From the NCBI RefSeq assembly GCF_018398935.1, contig NZ_CP074694.1, positions 1,500,001 to 1,532,000 on the forward strand: a stretch of 32,000 nt of DNA, read 5' to 3'. Origin of the DNA: Telmatocola sphagniphila. Its GTDB lineage: Bacteria > Planctomycetota > Planctomycetia > Gemmatales > Gemmataceae. How positions within the stretch are numbered: the first letter of the stretch is position 1; each line of letters begins with the position of its first letter. The notes under the pieces are model-generated. The model did not search any database. It was given only the letters and a program-made list of their open reading frames with translations, and had not been told where the DNA came from. Shown here in pieces: positions 16,467-25,371 of the stretch. Position numbers and translations under genes: made by a program.

Positions 16467-16913
16467 ATGTCTCTTATTGAAAAAAACGGAAGCTTTGAAA
16501 TGAACCAACCTTCTCTCGAAAAGATTAAAATAGGCCGATGGATCTTCGTTTTGCTGAGTGTCGCTGGACTGTGCTTGGTGAGTTATTTAGTGGCTCCGCT
16601 CGTGAAGAAGTACAATCCTTACTTTATCTATCGTCCGGACGTGCAGGACGCTCGCAAATTGCTGGAAGTGGCTCGTAGCCGAGCGTTAGGTGAATCGGAA
16701 TTTGACGAAGTTCTGGCGATTCTCAAAACGGGAGACGATTACTCCAAAATAATGGCTCTTTCCATCGTTGAATTGCAGGTCGAAAGAGAGCCCAAAGTCA
16801 AACTCAAAGCCCTCTCAGCTTTGGAAGAAGTCAAACGAACCGAAGGGGGGCGAGTAGCTGAAAGCACTAAAATTGTACTTGAGAGGTTAAACGGCCGGGA
16901 GACTGCAAAGTAA
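16467..16913 (+). CDS. Hypothetical single-pass membrane protein with helical (HEAT-like) C-terminal part
   Basis: The hydrophobic segment WIFVLLSVAGLCLVSYLVAPLV is followed by a helical region. Three starts are possible: GTG 16437, ATG 16467 and ATG 16500. No family recognised. Confidence 0.4.
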   Translation: MSLIEKNGSFEMNQPSLEKIKIGRWIFVLLSVAGLCLVSYLVAPLVKKYNPYFIYRPDVQDARKLLEVARSRALGESEFDEVLAILKTGDDYSKIMALSIVELQVEREPKVKLKALSALEEVKRTEGGRVAESTKIVLERLNGRETAK

Positions 16914-17008
16914 ACCTCCTATTCGCTTCGTTTTGCCCCGGAACTTTCCTACTGCCTAAGATACGAGAAGTGTCTTTCCCCGTTACTACTTACGCTTTGG
17001 GAAACAAT

Positions 17009-18334
17009 ATGGGATCTCGACTGGTAGTTCTGGCATTGGTGATTGCCGCGGCAGCTGCAGATTGGCCACAATTTCGGGGTCCGACCGGGGATGGTGTGGC
17101 CGAGGGGATTTCCCTACCCGAAAAGTGGGATGCCAAAACCAATCTGGCCTGGAAGGCTGAAATTCCGGGCTACGGCTGGTCTCAGCCGATTATTCTCGGC
17201 GACGCCATCTATCTGACAACCGCGGTAGGAACCGATCTGCAGAAACCCAAAGGATTTATGGCGGGAGTTATGGAGCCGCAATCCATGGGCAAAGGCCCCA
17301 AACAGAAGCCTCTGGACAAAACTTTCCGCTGGCAATTAGTGAAACTCAATCGGGCCAATGGTAAGGTTGAATGGACTAAAACAGCTTACGAAGGTAAACC
17401 GAAACTTCCCATTCACCCTTCCAATAGCTTTGCCACGGAAAGCCCGGCCGCGGATAATCAAAGAATCGTTGCCTACTTCGGAAACATCGGATTGTTGATG
17501 GCGTGGGACAAATCGGGTAAAGAACTCTGGAAAAAAGAGCTTCCCGTCGGATCGATGACTGCCGATTTCGGCACGGGCAGCTCTTTGGTGCTTTTTGAAG
17601 GTAAGGTTTTCGTTCAAAATTACACTGAAGAAGACGCCACACTTTCCGCATGGGATGCAGCGACTGGTCAGGAACTCTGGACCAGCCATCGCCCTGTCGG
17701 ATCGGCCTGGAGCTCACCACTTATCTGGAAGACAAAAAATCGCACGGATCTGGTTTCCAGTGGCCGGGGCCTGGTGATCGGTTACGACCCCAAAACGGGC
17801 AAAGAACGCTGGAAGCTCGGTAATATTCAGGCTTCCTTCTCGTCTTCGCCCGCCGCCACAGAAGATTTATTGTTCGTCGGAAACGGCGGTCCGGGTACGA
17901 ATTCTCCACTTTACGCGATCAAGGCCGGAGCTGAAGGCGATATCTCTTTGAAAGAGGGAGAGACCTCTAATGCCCATGTCCTTTGGTACAAAACGGGGGC
18001 CGGTCCGGGAATGCCCTCTCCAATCGCACACGGCGATTATCTTTATGTGCTTAATACGGCTGGGTTAAACTGCTTCGAGGCAAAAACGGGCAAGCTCATG
18101 TACAAGGAACGGTTGCCCAAAGTAAAAACTCTGGCTTCCTGCCCGTTTCTGGCAAATGGCAAACTCTATATTCTCGATGAATCGGGTCAAATGTTCGTTG
18201 TAAAAGCCGGCCCAGAATTCGAAGTCCTCGGTGTCAATACGATTTCCGATACCTTCTGGTCTTCCCCGGCGGTGGCCGGGTCCGATCTCCTCCTGCGCGG
18301 CTTGGATGGGCTTTATTGCATAAGGGGGAAGTGA
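17009..18334 (+). CDS. Secreted PQQ-like (BamB-like) beta-propeller repeat protein
   Basis: ATG 17009 gives signal peptide MGSRLVVLALVIAAAAADWPQFRGPTGDG. The hallmark WPQFRG start and repeated propeller blades (WSQPIILGDAIYLTT, SSPLIW, SSPAATEDLLFVG, PSPIAHGDYLYVL, SSPAVAGSDLLLRG) match this family. Confidence 0.8.
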   Translation: MGSRLVVLALVIAAAAADWPQFRGPTGDGVAEGISLPEKWDAKTNLAWKAEIPGYGWSQPIILGDAIYLTTAVGTDLQKPKGFMAGVMEPQSMGKGPKQKPLDKTFRWQLVKLNRANGKVEWTKTAYEGKPKLPIHPSNSFATESPAADNQRIVAYFGNIGLLMAWDKSGKELWKKELPVGSMTADFGTGSSLVLFEGKVFVQNYTEEDATLSAWDAATGQELWTSHRPVGSAWSSPLIWKTKNRTDLVSSGRGLVIGYDPKTGKERWKLGNIQASFSSSPAATEDLLFVGNGGPGTNSPLYAIKAGAEGDISLKEGETSNAHVLWYKTGAGPGMPSPIAHGDYLYVLNTAGLNCFEAKTGKLMYKERLPKVKTLASCPFLANGKLYILDESGQMFVVKAGPEFEVLGVNTISDTFWSSPAVAGSDLLLRGLDGLYCIRGK

Positions 18335-18347
18335 TTCTCGATTTTCT

Positions 18348-21167
18348 TTATTGAGCTATCGCTAGGCAGCAAGGAAAGCTCTCGAGCAGATTCTGAACGG
18401 AGAATGTTTCCACGGGTTTCAAAGATTCGTTGGTCAGATAGTTTCGCCAGTTTCGTTTGAGTAAATGCTCCGGCAACTCAATGGTCGTCTCTTCCCATTC
18501 TGCTCGAAAAGGTTCGCACTTTCGAGCAGAATTCAATTTCCAGGTCAAGCGCGGTACAACAATTAGAGAAGCGAGATTTTCCCAAGTCCGAAGATAGGCG
18601 AAGATATTCTCCGCCTTGGCGCCCTTAACCTTGAGAGCCTGATAATCCCCCCGCGAGAACAGCTCGGGCCACTCCTTGCGTAATTTCAGACAGCGAGCGA
18701 TAAGAAGTATTTTGATTTTGCCGCTATCCGAATTTTTCAAGAGGTCCTGTATCGTATCTGTGCTCTGATCCGACTGAAATTCCTTTAAAAAATCTTGCCG
18801 AATAGAAAAATCCACAGGTCGTCGATTATCCGGATCGACCAGGCTGTAATCCCAGAGTTCGGTGCCCTGGTAGGTATCCGGAATTCCGGGGGCTGTACAA
18901 CGGAGCAACGTTTGAGCCAGCGAGTTCCATTGTCCGTGAAGATGGATCTGCTTAATAAAATCCTGAAAATCGGTCATAAATTCGGAGGATTGATCCGGAT
19001 CGAGAATACGCTCGATAAACTTCTGGACCGCCTCCAGATATTCCTGATCTGGATTAATCCAGCTTGTGTGAACCTTGGCTTCCTGCATGGCCTTGATCAT
19101 GTAATCGCAGATTCGCTGGGAGTATGACTGCCGCTCCTCGGCCGCATTCACAGGCCAACTTCCTATCAAAGTTTGGTAGAGTAAGTTCTCTTCATTCCGA
19201 TCTGGCGCGAGGTTGTGGTCTTCCAAAGCCACTCGATGTCTATCGTTCATCTGGGACCAGCGTAAGCTTCGTTCGTTCCATTCGTCGGGAATTTCAGATA
19301 GGACGTTGATTCTGGCTCGCGTATCCTCCCCACGTTTAGTATCGTGCGTTGCCAGTGGCGATAATCCTCCCGGCGAACGCTCCCCGAGGAACTTGTGAAC
19401 CAGATCGGGGCTACGACCGAATAACATCGGATCACCCCCTACCTCATTTAGGGAAATCAGACGCGTGTAGATGTAAAGGGCCGTGTCTTCAAATCCTTTG
19501 GCCATTACGGGAGCAGATAACTGCTGGAATTTTCCCGCGAAACGAATTTGCGCCGAGCGATATTCCTGGGAAGCCGTCCCGGAGGAAAGTGGCTTGAGTA
19601 AGAGAGTGTCCCTAATGAAATCGAATATCTCCCGACCCAGTAGAGGATTGCGACGTCGCGCTGCACGAATTGCTTTCAGGACAGCCACTCGATCCGTCGA
19701 CTGGACATCTCCGTCGATGTAAGTCCGGTAGATCGGGAAGCTGCAGAGGACCTCACGTAGTGCGTGCCGAATTCCATTAAGTGTCAGATCGCGGGTGCTT
19801 CGTTCGCTCTGTGCCAGGCGATCGAGATAGCCGGCCAGCACGTGCAGTTCGCTCGTGAGAGACGATTGAAGAATGATCATTTTTTTGCGGTAGACGATCT
19901 CTTCAAATGAGTCCTCAATTCCCGTAAAGCTCTGAAAAATTTGATCGATCCGAGCTTCAGCAGCGGAATCAACGAAGAGTCCGTTTATGTAATTGAGGAA
20001 TTCATAACCAGTGGTTCCATCGGTTTGCCAATCTTTGGGAAGAGTTTCGAAAGTGCCTAAAATTTTCTCAACAACCACGTAAAGCGTCGGTCTATCTCCG
20101 CCCTGTCTCCATTCGTCCTGCAACCGGGCCAGATATCTCTTGGGGTCGAAGAGCCCGTCCGGGTGATCAATGCGAATCCCCTGAGCGATATCGGCATGGA
20201 GCCATTTGAAAATCTTTTCATGGATGTTTTGGAAGACTTCCAGACGTTCCGTCGCAAGTGCGGCAAGATCGTTGATGTCGAAAAACCTTCGATAATTGAT
20301 TTCGTCCGAAGCTACCCTCCAGAAGCAAGGCCGATAGGCTTGTAGCTCTATAAGCTTATCGAGCTGATTAGGATCTTTTGCGAGCAGTGAAAATTGCGTT
20401 TCAATCTCTGATTGAAACGCGGGAGAACGCAGCCCTAATTCCAAAAGTCGGCGTTTGATGACAACGATTTCGTTGCGGGTTTCGAGGACTTTCTGAGAAT
20501 CTTTTTCCATCCGGCCGGAGAGATGTTTCGTAGCGGAGATTATGCTCTGAAGTTCGGGAAGTACGGTCTCAGGCTCCTCCATGGAGTCGCGCAGGCTTTC
20601 GAGAGTTGGTTCCAGAATCGCGCCGTAAGTTCTCGGATCGATGGGAAGTCGGATTTTTCCAAATTTAAGGTAAAGATTTCCTTCTTCCACGACCGCTTGA
20701 AATGCACCGGAATCAACGGCCTCACCATAGGTTGTTCCCAGGATGGGGAGTAAGACTTTACCGCGCAGGGATTCCCGATAATGATCATCCCAGACGATAT
20801 CAAAATAATTAGAAAATTGGGAAGAGGGGCCATTTTCCAGAACATCGTGCCACCAACTATTAAAGCACCCTACTGACATATGATTCGGGACGACATCGAG
20901 AATCAATCCCATTCCGCGAGATTTCAATTCATCGCTGAGTTTCTGCAAATCCTCTTCCGTACCTAGCTCAGGATTCAGCCGCTTATGATCGCAAACGTCG
21001 TAGCCGTGAAGGCTTCCCGGTTTCGCGGTCAGCAGGGAGGACATATAAAGGTGCGAAATGCCAAGATCATCCAAATACGGGACGATTTCCAACGCATTCT
21101 TAAGAGTGAAATCCTTATGCATTTGCAGCCGGTACGTGGCTCTGGGCCAGGAATTTTGTTCGTTCAT
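18348..21167 (-). CDS. treY: Malto-oligosyltrehalose synthase
   Basis: N-terminus ATYRLQMHKDFTLKNALEIVPYLDDLGISHLYMSSLLTAKPGSLHGYDVCDH. GH13 region II GIRIDHPDGL. The ~940-aa size fits. The ATG 21167-21165 overlaps the glgX TGA 21166-21164 as ATGA. Confidence 0.92.
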   Translation of the reverse strand: MNEQNSWPRATYRLQMHKDFTLKNALEIVPYLDDLGISHLYMSSLLTAKPGSLHGYDVCDHKRLNPELGTEEDLQKLSDELKSRGMGLILDVVPNHMSVGCFNSWWHDVLENGPSSQFSNYFDIVWDDHYRESLRGKVLLPILGTTYGEAVDSGAFQAVVEEGNLYLKFGKIRLPIDPRTYGAILEPTLESLRDSMEEPETVLPELQSIISATKHLSGRMEKDSQKVLETRNEIVVIKRRLLELGLRSPAFQSEIETQFSLLAKDPNQLDKLIELQAYRPCFWRVASDEINYRRFFDINDLAALATERLEVFQNIHEKIFKWLHADIAQGIRIDHPDGLFDPKRYLARLQDEWRQGGDRPTLYVVVEKILGTFETLPKDWQTDGTTGYEFLNYINGLFVDSAAEARIDQIFQSFTGIEDSFEEIVYRKKMIILQSSLTSELHVLAGYLDRLAQSERSTRDLTLNGIRHALREVLCSFPIYRTYIDGDVQSTDRVAVLKAIRAARRRNPLLGREIFDFIRDTLLLKPLSSGTASQEYRSAQIRFAGKFQQLSAPVMAKGFEDTALYIYTRLISLNEVGGDPMLFGRSPDLVHKFLGERSPGGLSPLATHDTKRGEDTRARINVLSEIPDEWNERSLRWSQMNDRHRVALEDHNLAPDRNEENLLYQTLIGSWPVNAAEERQSYSQRICDYMIKAMQEAKVHTSWINPDQEYLEAVQKFIERILDPDQSSEFMTDFQDFIKQIHLHGQWNSLAQTLLRCTAPGIPDTYQGTELWDYSLVDPDNRRPVDFSIRQDFLKEFQSDQSTDTIQDLLKNSDSGKIKILLIARCLKLRKEWPELFSRGDYQALKVKGAKAENIFAYLRTWENLASLIVVPRLTWKLNSARKCEPFRAEWEETTIELPEHLLKRNWRNYLTNESLKPVETFSVQNLLESFPCCLAIAQ

Positions 21168-23383
21168 AGGCTGACCTGGCTCTTTCGACGATTGGGTGAG
21201 GCCATGTCCTTTCGAAGCGCTTCGGCTTGCAGCGGCGTAACCAGCGGTTCCGGTAAAATTGCCGGTCGGGTTCGGAAAAGAGCAAGTGAATGATCGAGCA
21301 GTTTGTAACTCTGCCCACCTTCCATAAGTGGTTCGTGAGCATAATCATCGGCCGTGTAGACCAGTAATTCCCAACGATGTTCGGGGTTTGTGACCGGCAG
21401 TGTGAAATCCACGGATTCCGGTCCGCAGTTCATCAGAATCAGAAGCGTTTCGCCCTGAATCGGCTCACCCTGATCGTCCACTTCATCCATCAGGTCACCC
21501 GCCAGACGCATTCCGATGCAAGTAACGGTTCCATTCCACTGTTCAGAGGTCATGTCTTTTCCACTGGGGTCAAACCAGGAGACATCCTGAATTTCCGAAC
21601 CTCGGATAGCCCGGCCTTGAAAAAAATTACGTCTTTTCAAAACCGGTTGTTCTGTACGGATTCGAGTCAGTTTCTGAACGAACGCGAGGAGCGCTTTCGA
21701 TTCTTCCGAGGGCCTCCAGTTTAGCCATGTAAGGTCGTTATCCTGGCAGTAGGCATTGTTGTTACCTTTCTGGGAATGCCCGATTTCATCGCCGGAAAGT
21801 AGCATGGGTACGCCCTGCGAAAGCAACAGCGTCGCCAGAAAGTTTCTCTGTTGTCGAGCACGCAGGCGACGAATGTTGCCATCACGGGTAGGCCCTTCGG
21901 CTCCGCAGTTCCAACTGTGATTGTTGTTAGCTCCGTCGCGATTTTCTTCCCCATTCGCTTCGTTATGCTTTTCGTTGTAACTCACCAGATCCGAGAGTGT
22001 GAAACCATCGTGGCAGGTGACGAAGTTAATGGAGGCATAAGGCCGTCGGCCGTTGTGTTCGTACAAATCGCTGGAACCGCATAATCGGGTGGCGAATTTC
22101 CCGGCCACGCTGCCCGCCCCAGCCCAGAATTGACGGGTAATATCGCGATATTCTCCATTCCACTCGGTCCAAAGCACCGGAAAATTCCCTACTTGATACC
22201 CCCCAGGGCCGACATCCCAAGGCTCGGCGATCAATTTCACCTGGGATAGCAACGGATCCTGATGCATGATGTCGAAGAAGGCACCCAGTCGATCGACATC
22301 GTAAAGCTCCCGAGCCAGAGTCGATGCCAGATCGAAGCGGAAGCCGTCGACATGCATTTCCTGAACCCAGTATCGCAGGCTATCCATGATCAGTTGCAAT
22401 AGCCGGGGGTTGCGCATGTTGGGGGTGTTACCGCACCCGGTAAAATCCATGTAGTAGCGAGGGGATTCGGGGGAGAGTCGGTAATAGGAGCCGTTGTCGA
22501 TGCCACGAAGTGAAAGCGTAGGTCCCTTTTCGTTCCCCTCGGCCGTGTGGTTATAGACTACATCCAAAATCACTTCGATCCCGGCCGCATGGAGCCTGCG
22601 AACCATCATTTTGAATTGCTGCACGGCGTCTGTATTACCGACGGCGAATCGAGTATCCGGTGCGAAAAAGGCAAGAGTGTTGTACCCCCAGTGATTGGAA
22701 AGCCCCTTTTCCATCAGATGGCGATCATTAGCGCGATGATGCACCGGCAACAATTCGATTGCCGTCACATTCAGATCGAGGAGATATTTGATGGCGGCAT
22801 CTGAAGCCAAACCGGCATAGGTTCCTCGCAATTTATCCGGAATCCCGGGCATGCGTTGGGTGAAGCTTTTAACGTGAGCTTCGTAGATAATTGTTCGGTG
22901 CCAGGGAGTGCGCGGCGGACGATCATCTCCCCAGGTAAAAGCGTTATCCACCAGCATTCCGAGCGGAGCGAATTTCGCGGAATCTCGATCGTCAAAGGTA
23001 AGATCTTCTTCTCCTATTTTGTAACCGAACAGCGAGTCGTCCCACTTGATGTCGCGCCCCACCTGTTTGGCGTAAGGATCCAGAAGGACCTTGTTCGGAT
23101 TATGTCGCAGCCCTTTTTCCGGTTCGTAGGGACCTTCCACTCGGTAGCCATAAAGTTGGCCGGGCAAAATATCGGGAAGATACATGTGCCAGACCAGATC
23201 GGTTCGTTGAGTAAAGCGGATGCGTTCTATCTCTTTATCTGCATTGGATTTGCTGAATAGACACAGTTCTACTCCCGTGGCAGATTCTGAAAATAACGCG
23301 AAGTTCGCCCCTTTTCCGTCCCAAGTGGCACCCAGGGGATAAGGACGACCCGGCCAAATACGCGAGCGTTGTTTTGTTTCCAT
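21164..23383 (-). CDS. glgX: Glycogen debranching enzyme, GlgX/TreX type (GH13 isoamylase)
   Basis: RIWPGRPYPLGATWDGKGANFALFS. GH13 regions VILDVVYNHT, VDGFRFDLAS, LIAEPWD and FVTCHDGFTL. The first ATG is at 23383. The ORF-track start 23425 is a TTG, 14 codons upstream. Confidence 0.92.
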   Translation of the reverse strand: METKQRSRIWPGRPYPLGATWDGKGANFALFSESATGVELCLFSKSNADKEIERIRFTQRTDLVWHMYLPDILPGQLYGYRVEGPYEPEKGLRHNPNKVLLDPYAKQVGRDIKWDDSLFGYKIGEEDLTFDDRDSAKFAPLGMLVDNAFTWGDDRPPRTPWHRTIIYEAHVKSFTQRMPGIPDKLRGTYAGLASDAAIKYLLDLNVTAIELLPVHHRANDRHLMEKGLSNHWGYNTLAFFAPDTRFAVGNTDAVQQFKMMVRRLHAAGIEVILDVVYNHTAEGNEKGPTLSLRGIDNGSYYRLSPESPRYYMDFTGCGNTPNMRNPRLLQLIMDSLRYWVQEMHVDGFRFDLASTLARELYDVDRLGAFFDIMHQDPLLSQVKLIAEPWDVGPGGYQVGNFPVLWTEWNGEYRDITRQFWAGAGSVAGKFATRLCGSSDLYEHNGRRPYASINFVTCHDGFTLSDLVSYNEKHNEANGEENRDGANNNHSWNCGAEGPTRDGNIRRLRARQQRNFLATLLLSQGVPMLLSGDEIGHSQKGNNNAYCQDNDLTWLNWRPSEESKALLAFVQKLTRIRTEQPVLKRRNFFQGRAIRGSEIQDVSWFDPSGKDMTSEQWNGTVTCIGMRLAGDLMDEVDDQGEPIQGETLLILMNCGPESVDFTLPVTNPEHRWELLVYTADDYAHEPLMEGGQSYKLLDHSLALFRTRPAILPEPLVTPLQAEALRKDMASPNRRKSQVSL

Positions 23384-23469
23384 GTTCTCGACAAATTTCC
23401 CTTGAGACGAGTGACTTGAATGCAATCATTTCTACCTTTGGAGGCATAATTTTTGCTCAGTCTGCAATT
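23384..23469. promoter_or_regulatory. Divergent control region of the trehalose/alpha-glucan locus (glgX-treY <- | -> treZ-gde-treS/mak)
   Basis: 86 bp lie between the two preferred ATGs (44 bp if the glgX TTG is used). This region must carry promoters for both operons. TTGAGA and TTGAAT hexamers are present, but I see no convincing -10 partner. Confidence 0.4.
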
Positions 23470-25347
23470 ATGGGACCAACAAAACGTGAAACTATCGGGG
23501 CATCCGTGCAGGCTTCCACAGGCACAGTGCTTTTTCGAGTCTGGGCGCCGAATTCCAAGAATGTGAACTTGATTCTGGAAGGATCATCGCCGTGCGAAAT
23601 TCCGATGCAACCGGATCAAAATGGCTATTTCCAGTTAGAAACTCGACTTGCGACTCCAGGGAGTTTGTACCGATATCGATTGGAAGATGGAAATGCTTAT
23701 CCCGATCCGGCGTCACGCTTCCAGCCCGAAGGAGCGCATGGTCCTTCTCAGGTTGTGGATGGTCGAACCTTTAAATGGACGGATGAAGATTGGAAAGGAA
23801 TTGAGCTATCGAATCAAGTTCTCTACGAAATGCACATTGGGACTTTTACTCGGGAAGGGACCTGGAAAGCGGCATTGAAGGAGTTGCCGGAATTAGCCGA
23901 GGTCGGCATCACCTGTCTGGAAGTCATGCCCGTCAATGAGTTCGCCGGAAAATTTGGATGGGGTTATGATGGTGTAAGCCTATATGCCCCTACCCGTTTA
24001 TATGGGACACCGGAAGATTTTCGTGAGTTCGTGAACGAAGCCCACCGCTTAAAGCTCGGTGTAATTCTAGACGTCGTTTACAACCATCTGGGTCCCGACG
24101 GCAATTATCTCCCCAAATTCAGCCCGGACTATTTTTCAAAAAAACACAAAACCGACTGGGGGGAAGCCATTAATTTTGATGGAGAAAACTGCCAGCCCGT
24201 GCGGGATTTCTTCACTGGGAATGCGGGCTATTGGATCGAGGACTTTCATTTGGACGGTCTGCGTTTGGATGCCACGCAGAATATTTACGACAACGCGCTT
24301 CCGGAGAAACACATCCTGACAGAGATAGGAAGGACTGTTCGCAGAGCTGCGCAGGGGCGTTCCACCATTATTGTCAGCGAAAATGAATCTCAGCATTCCG
24401 AATTAGTTAGGTCGATTGAAACGGGAGGTTATGGGTTGGATGGGCTGTGGAATGACGACTTTCATCACTCCGCCTCTGTGGCGCTAACCGGCCATCAGGG
24501 TGCCTATTACAAAGATTATCGCGGAGAGCCTCAGGAGTTCATTTCGGCAATCAAATACGGCTACCTCTATCAGGGACAATGGTATTCCTGGCAAAACCAG
24601 AAAAGAGGTCATGCCGGCTTGGATCTTCCGCCATCGGCTTTCATCAATTACCTCGAAAACCACGATCAAGTGGCCAATTCGGGCCGGGGTTTGCGAATGC
24701 ATCAGATGACGAGTCCGGGAAGATATCGGGCGATCAAAACGGTCACCTTGCTGGGGCCCGGAACGCCGATGCTCTTTCAGGGCGAAGAATTTGCCAGTAG
24801 TTCGCCTTTCTTTTATTTCGCGGACCATCATAACGAGTTAGCTCCTTTAGTGGAGCGGGGACGCAAAGAGTTTCTCAGCCAGTTTCGCAACCTCCGCGAT
24901 ACGAAAATGAAGGCTCAGCTGGCGGCGCCGCACAATCCAGCCACTTTTGAGCGATGTAAGCTCAATTTCTATGAGCGCTTTACCCATGAGGCACATTATC
25001 GGTTGACCAAGGACCTTTTAAAACTCCGCAAACTCGATTTGAATTTCAATTCTCAGCGGCACATGAAAATCGATGGCGCCGTTTTAGGCCCTCAGGCCTT
25101 TGTTTTGCGGTACATCCATCCAGAAGGCCTGGATCGAATCCTTCTCGTTAATCTGGGCAGAGATTGGGATCTGCAAACCTGTCCCGAACCACTCTTGGCA
25201 GCTCCCTGGAAATGTGAATGGGAATTACTGCTTTCGACGGATTCGCCCAGCTACGGCGGTTCGGGAGTTTTCCATCCGGAAACCGAAACTGGTTGGCTTT
25301 TGGCCGCAGAATCCGCGACGCTCCTCGGCGCTCGCAGGGTGAATTGA
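23470..25347 (+). CDS. treZ: Malto-oligosyltrehalose trehalohydrolase
   Basis: Start moved to ATG 23470; the ORF-track start 23374 would overlap the glgX 5' end. GTVLFRVWAPNSKNVNLILEG..YRYRL..YPDPASRFQPEGAHGPSQVVD. GH13 regions ILDVVYNHLG, LDGLRLDATQ, VSENE and YLENHDQV. Confidence 0.92.
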   Translation: MGPTKRETIGASVQASTGTVLFRVWAPNSKNVNLILEGSSPCEIPMQPDQNGYFQLETRLATPGSLYRYRLEDGNAYPDPASRFQPEGAHGPSQVVDGRTFKWTDEDWKGIELSNQVLYEMHIGTFTREGTWKAALKELPELAEVGITCLEVMPVNEFAGKFGWGYDGVSLYAPTRLYGTPEDFREFVNEAHRLKLGVILDVVYNHLGPDGNYLPKFSPDYFSKKHKTDWGEAINFDGENCQPVRDFFTGNAGYWIEDFHLDGLRLDATQNIYDNALPEKHILTEIGRTVRRAAQGRSTIIVSENESQHSELVRSIETGGYGLDGLWNDDFHHSASVALTGHQGAYYKDYRGEPQEFISAIKYGYLYQGQWYSWQNQKRGHAGLDLPPSAFINYLENHDQVANSGRGLRMHQMTSPGRYRAIKTVTLLGPGTPMLFQGEEFASSSPFFYFADHHNELAPLVERGRKEFLSQFRNLRDTKMKAQLAAPHNPATFERCKLNFYERFTHEAHYRLTKDLLKLRKLDLNFNSQRHMKIDGAVLGPQAFVLRYIHPEGLDRILLVNLGRDWDLQTCPEPLLAAPWKCEWELLLSTDSPSYGGSGVFHPETETGWLLAAESATLLGARRVN

Positions 25348-25371
25348 AGATATCTTCTCTTTGCAAGGTTG

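Noticed and set aside
23374-23469. 32-codon N-terminal extension of treZ, and 8268-8303 for the four-module protein
   Set aside because: The treZ extension would overlap the glgX start region and adds non-conserved residues. For 8304, the internal ATG yields a textbook signal peptide.
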